IMG/VR virus record: IMGVR_UViG_3300027881_000013
Span: 1-62,438 of that record
From: a virus
Lineage: Duplodnaviria; Caudoviricetes
Reading direction: 5' to 3' (one strand)
DNA: 62,438 nucleotides
Shown here one piece after another: positions 53,452 to 62,438 of this stretch (position 1 is the stretch's first letter; each line of letters opens with the position of its first letter). The notes under the pieces were generated by a model, which saw nothing but the letters and a program-made list of their open reading frames with translations, ran no database searches and was not told the origin of the DNA. Made by a program: the position numbers and the translations under genes.

Positions 53452-53847
53452 ATGAACGTTGAACATCTATTAGTAGCTAGAAGAGTAGTTTTAGAGGCAA
53501 CTGGTGGCGCAGACATTGTGACTGTAGCAGTAGAATCTGGTACTCCATATAGACACTACATGGCGTGGGTAAAGGTTTATGCTACTACTATCAATGTTAG
53601 TGTCCAACCCCTATTTGGTGGTCAAAATGATGGCGCTGCGGTAGTAGTTAATACTGCACCACCAAATAAGGTTATCCAGGTACCAATTGAAGAAATCAGA
53701 CCTCCTACCAATAATATTCAAAAACATCCAGATGATATGTCACCACCTATAGTTCTTAAGAGTGAACTTCAAATAACTAATAGTGCGGCAGTTCCTGCAG
53801 TTGTAGATGTTTGGATGATTGCAGCTGCCACACCAGGAGGCGCATAA
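53452..53847 (+). CDS. Beta-rich virion protein, tandem paralogue B
   Basis: First 29 nt identical to paralogue A. Confidence 0.75.
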   Translation: MNVEHLLVARRVVLEATGGADIVTVAVESGTPYRHYMAWVKVYATTINVSVQPLFGGQNDGAAVVVNTAPPNKVIQVPIEEIRPPTNNIQKHPDDMSPPIVLKSELQITNSAAVPAVVDVWMIAAATPGGA

Positions 53848-54263
53848 TGTCCGCTAAAGAAATAGTAGCTGCAGGATGGAAAAAGGCAAGTTTAGCTTTT
53901 CTAAAGAGCTTTCGTGGCCTCATCTGTGAAAAGAAAGATGGCGGTTGGGAACTCTCTCTTGGTCGTGTTGCTTTTTGGTTTGTGTTTTCCCACTGCATGT
54001 TTATCTGGAACAAAGTTGGTGACGTGACCAAAACGGTACTTGAGCCAGTTGAAGATACTGCAGCTGCGGCTGCAACAGCTGCTACTGAGACCGGCGTCAC
54101 AGAACGGGTTGTAGAAGTAGCTGAAAGTGTTATTAAGTTTGCCGATGTTAGTCAGAGCGAACTTTATGTTCTCTTTGCACTACTTGGCTATGCTGGTGTT
54201 AAGATTACCTCTGAAATGATACAAGGTTTTGCCTCAGCTTGGAAGAATGGTAAACCTACGTGA
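53847..54263 (+). CDS. Two-TM holin-like protein
   Basis: SLGRVAFWFVF and LYVLFALLGYAG segments; AGGAGG RBS. Confidence 0.55.
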   Translation: MSAKEIVAAGWKKASLAFLKSFRGLICEKKDGGWELSLGRVAFWFVFSHCMFIWNKVGDVTKTVLEPVEDTAAAAATAATETGVTERVVEVAESVIKFADVSQSELYVLFALLGYAGVKITSEMIQGFASAWKNGKPT

Positions 54264-54598
54264 AGAAATACTGGAGATGGATTGTCTTCGGCGTAGTAGC
54301 AATTGTGGTAATTGCCCTATTGGTACTCGTTGGAGCTAATAAAAATCTCCGACAGAAATTAACTGCTCTGTTGCTGGAAAGACAAGTTAAGAACAAAATC
54401 GCGGACACTAAAGAAAAGGCTGCGGCTGCTAAAGCAAAAGCAGAGGCCAACACAATTAGTGCAGAAGAGGCAGAGACAGAAGCGAAGGCAGCAGAGGAGG
54501 CAATCTCTAAGCAAAAGAAGATCCTGCAAGAGGGTCTAGAAAAGAGAGGGTTAGATGCTGATGAGATTGCTAATCGTATGGGGAATCTTAGCGTTTAG
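54260..54598 (+). CDS. i-spanin-like protein
   Basis: N-terminal TM then Ala/Lys/Glu coiled coil. Confidence 0.55.
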   Translation: MKKYWRWIVFGVVAIVVIALLVLVGANKNLRQKLTALLLERQVKNKIADTKEKAAAAKAKAEANTISAEEAETEAKAAEEAISKQKKILQEGLEKRGLDADEIANRMGNLSV

Positions 54599-55031
54599 TA
54601 TCGATGCTAGCGCTGAGAAATTAAATCGATCAGAACTTAATAAAGTATTAGAAAACCTTCATCCTGTTAAAGTAAAACATCAGGGTAAAAATGGTATATG
54701 GTTTTCTGAAGAAGAAGCCGAAGGAATATTAGGTATACTTGATGAAAAACTTCCTCTAGCTCTAGATATTATAGATAACCAAGATATACAAATTAAGGCT
54801 CTTGGTGCTGCAATATCCTCATATAAAGAAGCAGCCACCTCATATAAAGACACAGCTAATTTTTATCAACAGAGTCTGAATACTGCACTCGAGGCTTTCC
54901 CAAAGCTGAATCTACCAAAATATTCATGGTATGAAGGTAGAACTGCCATGTATATGTATGGGGTGTTATCTGGTGCGGGATTGGTCATAGGTTCTGCCTG
55001 GGTATTAGATAAGGCACAAGAGAACAAATGA
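54555..55031 (+). CDS. Spanin-like protein (signal peptide, coiled coil, C-terminal TM)
   Basis: Overlaps previous gene; ASA cleavage site; C-terminal hydrophobic helix. Confidence 0.5.
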   Translation: MLMRLLIVWGILAFSIDASAEKLNRSELNKVLENLHPVKVKHQGKNGIWFSEEEAEGILGILDEKLPLALDIIDNQDIQIKALGAAISSYKEAATSYKDTANFYQQSLNTALEAFPKLNLPKYSWYEGRTAMYMYGVLSGAGLVIGSAWVLDKAQENK

Positions 55032-55402
55032 TCAAAAAGGTAGTAAAATGGTTTACAATAACCACGTTTATAGTGATCGTGGTTACAGATATTATTTTTG
55101 AGATACTTGGATATACCATAAGTGAGTATTATACAGATCTTGTTTGGATAGATGAGCTTTGGATACTTCCATTTTATACAGCTATAATATTAGGTCACTG
55201 TGGTATAAATCTATTTAAGAAGATCACTTTTAGTTGGTGGCGATATATTGTCTTGGGTAGTCTAGTAGTGCTAACATTAATTCTTGATTTGACTATTTCA
55301 ATACACATACCCTGGTATATTACAATACCAGGAGGGCTAACAGTAGGAGCCTTATTATGGCCTCAGAAGAGAAAGAAGAAGCACCCCAGCACTTTAAGTT
55401 AG
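55028..55402 (+). CDS. Four-TM membrane protein
   Basis: Four hydrophobic segments, basic tail. Confidence 0.65.
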   Translation: MIKKVVKWFTITTFIVIVVTDIIFEILGYTISEYYTDLVWIDELWILPFYTAIILGHCGINLFKKITFSWWRYIVLGSLVVLTLILDLTISIHIPWYITIPGGLTVGALLWPQKRKKKHPSTLS

Positions 55403-55644
55403 AAGAGCTCGAGCAACTTAAGTTGCAAAACTTGATGTTAAAGTTGAGCGTGGAGCAAGAAAGAGTTGAAAAACATAAAGCCATGATTGCTGAAGCGCAA
55501 GCAAGTGCTGAGTTAGTAAAATTTCATATGGAGACATGGAAGAACAATTACGATAAAACACTTAGCGAGCACGGATTAAGCATCAAAAACGTTGAAATTG
55601 ATGCTGAATCTGGTATGGTAATACCAGTAGGGAATACAGGCTAA
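55357..55644 (+). CDS. Coiled-coil hypothetical protein
   Basis: AGGAG RBS. Confidence 0.65.
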   Translation: MASEEKEEAPQHFKLEELEQLKLQNLMLKLSVEQERVEKHKAMIAEAQASAELVKFHMETWKNNYDKTLSEHGLSIKNVEIDAESGMVIPVGNTG

Positions 55645-56897
55645 TGACTTTACTTCCGGATGTTGGGCAACAAGATGCTGAATTGGTAGTTGTTGAATCT
55701 ACCAAGAATATAGGTATATCATTCAAAAATGCTAATGGTGTACTGTCTGATCCAGAAGATTTGTCATTAGAGATTACTGATGTCTGCGGTACTCTTATAT
55801 TAGAAGATACATATTCTCCATCAACAGATAGAGATCCAAATCCACCGCGAATTCTTAATAGTAGCATTGGTAGATATGAATTTCCTCTAGGACTTGATAA
55901 TGCTTTTGTATCTACTGCCTCTAAAAAGAATAAAACATTAACTAGACAAGACCTATTATTTACATGGCGTGCTAAGTCTGTAGCTTCAGTAGCTGCATCT
56001 AGAACTATTGATCCTGGTACTGGTATTCATTCTGTATTGGATTGGACTGCTGCTATTGCTGGTACTCCCGGTAATTTTATATCTATTGAGTATATTGACC
56101 CACTTACGCCAAATCAAACCCTATCAATAGTTAGAGATGGAGCAAAAGTTCAAGTTAATTTGGCAACGGATGGTGGTTCTGTAATTACCACTATTGCGAA
56201 TAATATTATTGCCGAGCTAGCAGTAGTTGCTAGTGAAGATTCTGCAGAAATAGTTACTGTTGCATTAAGCGCTGGTAGTCTAGGTACAGACTTAGTAGCT
56301 AGTGTAGCAGAAACTTTATTTACCGGTGGCTCTGATGGCACAGAAGAAGAGACAGTCTGTATAAACGTCAGAGTTATTACTCATAAGATGTGTTCTTTAA
56401 TTGGTAAGCTTAGACTACAGATTGATAAGGCAGTTAAATTAGTTACCCCCTCTGGTGATCCTGAAGAAAGTTGCTATCTTGGGTATAGTAATGGACAGTT
56501 AATTACCTTTTTAGAGGGTGGTTTACAAGTTATTAATGCATATCAGCCATCCGGCTGTTTTGGTTTTGAGAATTATCCATATAGTTGTTTTGAATTCACA
56601 CTTCTCGAGTCAGCATTAATGGTTGGCGTTATGAGCCAGCAGGTTTTTGCTATTGATACTGACATTCCGAGTTGGAATGATCAGGGTAATGCATTTGTTA
56701 TTCAACATCAGCCTCAACTAGTAGCCTATTTGAACTGGTTATCTACTAGACTTGATAAGATGATTCCACAACTCAAGCTCAACTTTGTGAGTAGTGGAAG
56801 TCTGCATATTGAAGCTGGGCCAAACTTCCGCTTGGCTGCATTAGTAACTGCTGCACCTAGTGGCGCTCTATTTAGAAATGTTTTCTTTAGGGCATAA
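55644..56897 (+). CDS. Putative neck / head-tail adaptor with inserted beta domain
   Basis: Ig-like N-terminus, TAxxxGTPGNxISI insert, helical adaptor-like C-terminus (LRLQID...QLITFL...WNDQG). Confidence 0.55.
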   Translation: MTLLPDVGQQDAELVVVESTKNIGISFKNANGVLSDPEDLSLEITDVCGTLILEDTYSPSTDRDPNPPRILNSSIGRYEFPLGLDNAFVSTASKKNKTLTRQDLLFTWRAKSVASVAASRTIDPGTGIHSVLDWTAAIAGTPGNFISIEYIDPLTPNQTLSIVRDGAKVQVNLATDGGSVITTIANNIIAELAVVASEDSAEIVTVALSAGSLGTDLVASVAETLFTGGSDGTEEETVCINVRVITHKMCSLIGKLRLQIDKAVKLVTPSGDPEESCYLGYSNGQLITFLEGGLQVINAYQPSGCFGFENYPYSCFEFTLLESALMVGVMSQQVFAIDTDIPSWNDQGNAFVIQHQPQLVAYLNWLSTRLDKMIPQLKLNFVSSGSLHIEAGPNFRLAALVTAAPSGALFRNVFFRA

Positions 56898-56899
56898 CT

Positions 56900-58765
56900 A
56901 TGGCTATTATAGAAATTACAAATAATCTTGCCCAGCAAATCTCTACTACTATAGGTACAGTTCCTAAGGGTAGAGGTCGTGTATTATCTGTTCAGACAGA
57001 TGCTATTCCAATTGCTAAGGCGTTATATGAAGAACTAGAGACTTTAAAAACAAGAGGTAGTATTAGTTATCAATTATTAGAAGATCCAGAAATTAGAGAT
57101 GCTATAGAAGCAGCACCGTTCTTTACAGATACTACTGGTACTATTCCTATTGGTATTCCGACTGATGGAGATTATAGTGATGGTAAATTGCCTCTTGTGT
57201 CCACAGACAAATTACCTGATGCGATCGATGCAATCAATGTAGAGCTATTAAATGGTGGTACTATTGCTGGTCAAATTGGTGACCCTACTGTTGGTGATTA
57301 TACTACTGGTTTTTTTGATGAGTGGATCTCGACTACATTAATATCTGATGCCTTCCAGGATGTTGGTGAATCCTTTCTTGATTTAGCTCCTGCAAAGGCT
57401 GGTACTCTCGTTGGTCAAGCGCTTGTTTTATCTGGTACTGCCCAATATTCTGCAAAGATACCATCTGGATTAGTGGCAGCATGGAGCCCATTAAGTCCTG
57501 GTGATACGATTACCAATCTTATTGTTGATGGAACTTATGTTTTAACATCCCCCGACCAATCTAATAGGTTTAGAGCAGGTAAAGATTCAGATCCAACTAC
57601 CGCTGGTATTCTTACCCATATACTGAATGGTGCAAGTGTTAGTGCTCATAATATTGGAGTTTCAGGGGTTGGTACTACTGGTACAGTCACAGTAGATAAT
57701 TTAGACACATATAACACCTTCTGGTTAAAAGCAACTGGATTCATAACATATGCTCAAGTAGCAGAGGGTAGAATTCTTCATGCTCTAGAGCATACAGAAG
57801 CAGGAATAACTTCTACTATTGAGTTTTATTTTGATGATGTAAATACTACACCATCATTTAGTGTGGCCATGGCTGCCGTATTAAATACTATTTCTAATAA
57901 ATGGTTATCTGGTATTTTAGCTTGGGGTTTTGGTACTACTATAGATATAAGTTATACTGCGGCCTCTGGTATCTTTGAAAAAGCCTATCATCCATCAGCA
58001 GTGGGGTCGGTTTCTGGTACTGGACATAACACAACTAATGATAATCCAGGTGCTACACCAGCAGTTGCTGATATTTTTGCTGTAAGTAGAACTTTAACAT
58101 TAGATAATGCTAATCAAGCATCATTAACTCCATCTTTGACCGCTACAATTAGAAAGCCTAATGGCGATAATACAATTTCAGCAGATAATTTAGCTGCTCC
58201 TGTAAATACTTATAGTACTATTTCTACTACCAAGATAGATGATTTCTTTGATGAAGTACGCCGAATTATTATTGATAGCGGTACTAGTTCAGGGACTGCG
58301 ACACCATTTAATTCAACAATATCTCTTGTTAATGGGAACGCACAACAGCGACATAACGGAGTACTTCAATTTCCGGACTCAGGAGATTATCCAGGAGCTT
58401 CAGGTGACCAGGAATATCAGCGATTTATTGCTAAGGCTACCTCTTCAGTTGGTGCTCTTACACTCACAGGCATAAATTATACAGATATAGATTCATATGG
58501 TACTGGTGATTTAAATGTTCTTCTTCATCTCACGACTGACGATAAATATTTCGATTTTGGACGCTCTATCGGTGATAATAATGGTACTGGTACAGGCGAT
58601 TCTAGGGCGAATTCTATTGGCGCTAGAAATGATGGAAGTTCCTCAGGCTCAATATTAGTATGGAGTATTGGTACAGATACAACTGCAAGTAATGGTAATG
58701 AATATCGCCTTATTATCATTTTTAGAAACAATAATCACTCGCTTTCTAGAATTATGGAAGCATAA
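56900..58765 (+). CDS. Virion structural / fibre-associated protein
   Basis: T/G/S-rich; repeated IGxPTxGDY; DAIDAIN motif. Confidence 0.65.
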   Translation: MAIIEITNNLAQQISTTIGTVPKGRGRVLSVQTDAIPIAKALYEELETLKTRGSISYQLLEDPEIRDAIEAAPFFTDTTGTIPIGIPTDGDYSDGKLPLVSTDKLPDAIDAINVELLNGGTIAGQIGDPTVGDYTTGFFDEWISTTLISDAFQDVGESFLDLAPAKAGTLVGQALVLSGTAQYSAKIPSGLVAAWSPLSPGDTITNLIVDGTYVLTSPDQSNRFRAGKDSDPTTAGILTHILNGASVSAHNIGVSGVGTTGTVTVDNLDTYNTFWLKATGFITYAQVAEGRILHALEHTEAGITSTIEFYFDDVNTTPSFSVAMAAVLNTISNKWLSGILAWGFGTTIDISYTAASGIFEKAYHPSAVGSVSGTGHNTTNDNPGATPAVADIFAVSRTLTLDNANQASLTPSLTATIRKPNGDNTISADNLAAPVNTYSTISTTKIDDFFDEVRRIIIDSGTSSGTATPFNSTISLVNGNAQQRHNGVLQFPDSGDYPGASGDQEYQRFIAKATSSVGALTLTGINYTDIDSYGTGDLNVLLHLTTDDKYFDFGRSIGDNNGTGTGDSRANSIGARNDGSSSGSILVWSIGTDTTASNGNEYRLIIIFRNNNHSLSRIMEA

Positions 58766-61344
<2,579 letters not shown>

Positions 61345-61345
<1 letters not shown>

Positions 61346-62438
61346 TGGCCGTTGAAAGTTATACCATATCTACCGATTTTGTTGCACTGGTTGCAGATAT
61401 ACCAGATGCATCTATCCTTACGCAACAGTGGGCAGATAGCGCAATCACAGAACCACTACAGAATATCTGGATTGATGAAGATACTGACACTTGTGAATTT
61501 CGTGTTGCTATTGCCTTGGGTGGAGGTGATTCTACAATCCTCGATGCCATTGTAGCTGCACATACCGGTGTTGAGACAGATTATCCACCGGATTTGGTGA
61601 CCGGCAATGTGCTTACCGTCGCTTTAGATGGTTCGGCGATGTTCACAACAATCCAGGCTGCCATCGATGCTGCGAGCAGTGGTGATGCGATCCATGTTAG
61701 CCCCGGAGAGTACCTAGAGAAACTTCTCATCGATGGCGAAGGCGGCGGAGTCAAGCACATCGCCATCATAGGAATGGGTGGTGGAGCCCAACAGTCAGAG
61801 TTTGGAGGACCGGACGAAGGCATAGTTGTAATCAACCCGGATATGACGACCACAGGGGACATCTGCGTCGAGCTGGACGGCAATCTTGCCTTCTACATGT
61901 CTAATATCGACATTCGGCCACGGATCGATAATTCCGGTAGCTACACCGGGATCGACATCGGCAGTTCGTCTGGTCACAAGGTATTTCACAACTGCGTGAT
62001 TCAACCGATTGCGGGAGCTAGTGCAACGGGTGCGACGATTGCTGGGGTATTTGCATGGTCCACCGTCAACACGCATTTCTGGGGTTGCCATTTCCGCATT
62101 ATTGACACCACATCGCGCTTCACGTTCGCCCGCAACTTTGATCAGACAGGCGGAGTCGTTCACCTTCACAATTGTTTCTCCGAGGCTGGTGGTGGAACTG
62201 CGGCGCTCGGTGATGTGCGTGTGGGAAGTGCCGCAGACATGCACCTGCATAGCGTGTCGGTTGAAGGGGATTTGATTCGTAACGCAGGCGGGACCATCAC
62301 CGTCTACGGCGGCACCACTTGGGGCGGGTTGTCAGGTTTCACCGATGACGACACCGAGGCGAATCTGATCAAAGCCGATAGCGGGATGCTGCGGACCGAT
62401 GGCCAGAACGATGCCTACAAAGTCAACTACCGAGATCT
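61345..62438 (+). CDS. Tailspike / pectin-lyase-like beta-helix protein, truncated by window end (absent from ORF track)
   Basis: ATG overlaps TAA; LTVALDGSAMFTTIQAAIDAASSGDAIHVSPGEYLE; open to the end. Confidence 0.8.

Noticed and set aside
53043-53847. Tandem paralogues as a diversity-generating retroelement TR/VR pair
   Set aside because: Divergence is not adenine-specific, both are intact genes, no reverse transcriptase in window
53847-55402. Complete lysis cassette
   Set aside because: No endolysin motif recognised and no lipobox in the second spanin-like gene, so calls remain tentative

Overview
A 62-kb fragment of a large (probably jumbo) tailed dsDNA phage genome, standard genetic code, mostly AT-rich with GC-richer patches. 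Left part (1-22.5 kb): accessory region of short hypothetical genes, an acyl carrier protein, a DUF3268 zinc finger, an HNH endonuclease, a LexA-type DNA-binding protein, three tRNAs (Glu-TTC, Leu-TAA, Ile2-CAT), palindromic operator arrays, two phage-specific bipartite promoter classes and several promoter-linked structured RNAs. Right part (22.5-62.4 kb): one + strand late region with large acidic head proteins, a J-domain protein, a small-terminase candidate, large terminase, a HAD-phosphatase/pyrophosphatase-like polyvalent protein, portal, prohead protease-scaffold, decoration protein, major capsid protein, lysis-type membrane proteins, neck/adaptor, a G-X-T collagen fibre and a truncated beta-helix tailspike. 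Most notable: (i) an apparent head-cargo system in which (K/R)-x-A motifs bracket individual domains in many head proteins and three late-promoter-driven paralogues share an N-terminal leader; (ii) an IscB-type PLMP/RRXRR domain fused to a virion-type protein directly after the capsid gene and preceded by a multi-hairpin RNA; (iii) promoter-plus-structured-RNA cassettes. All assignments come from reading motifs by eye; no database searches were run.
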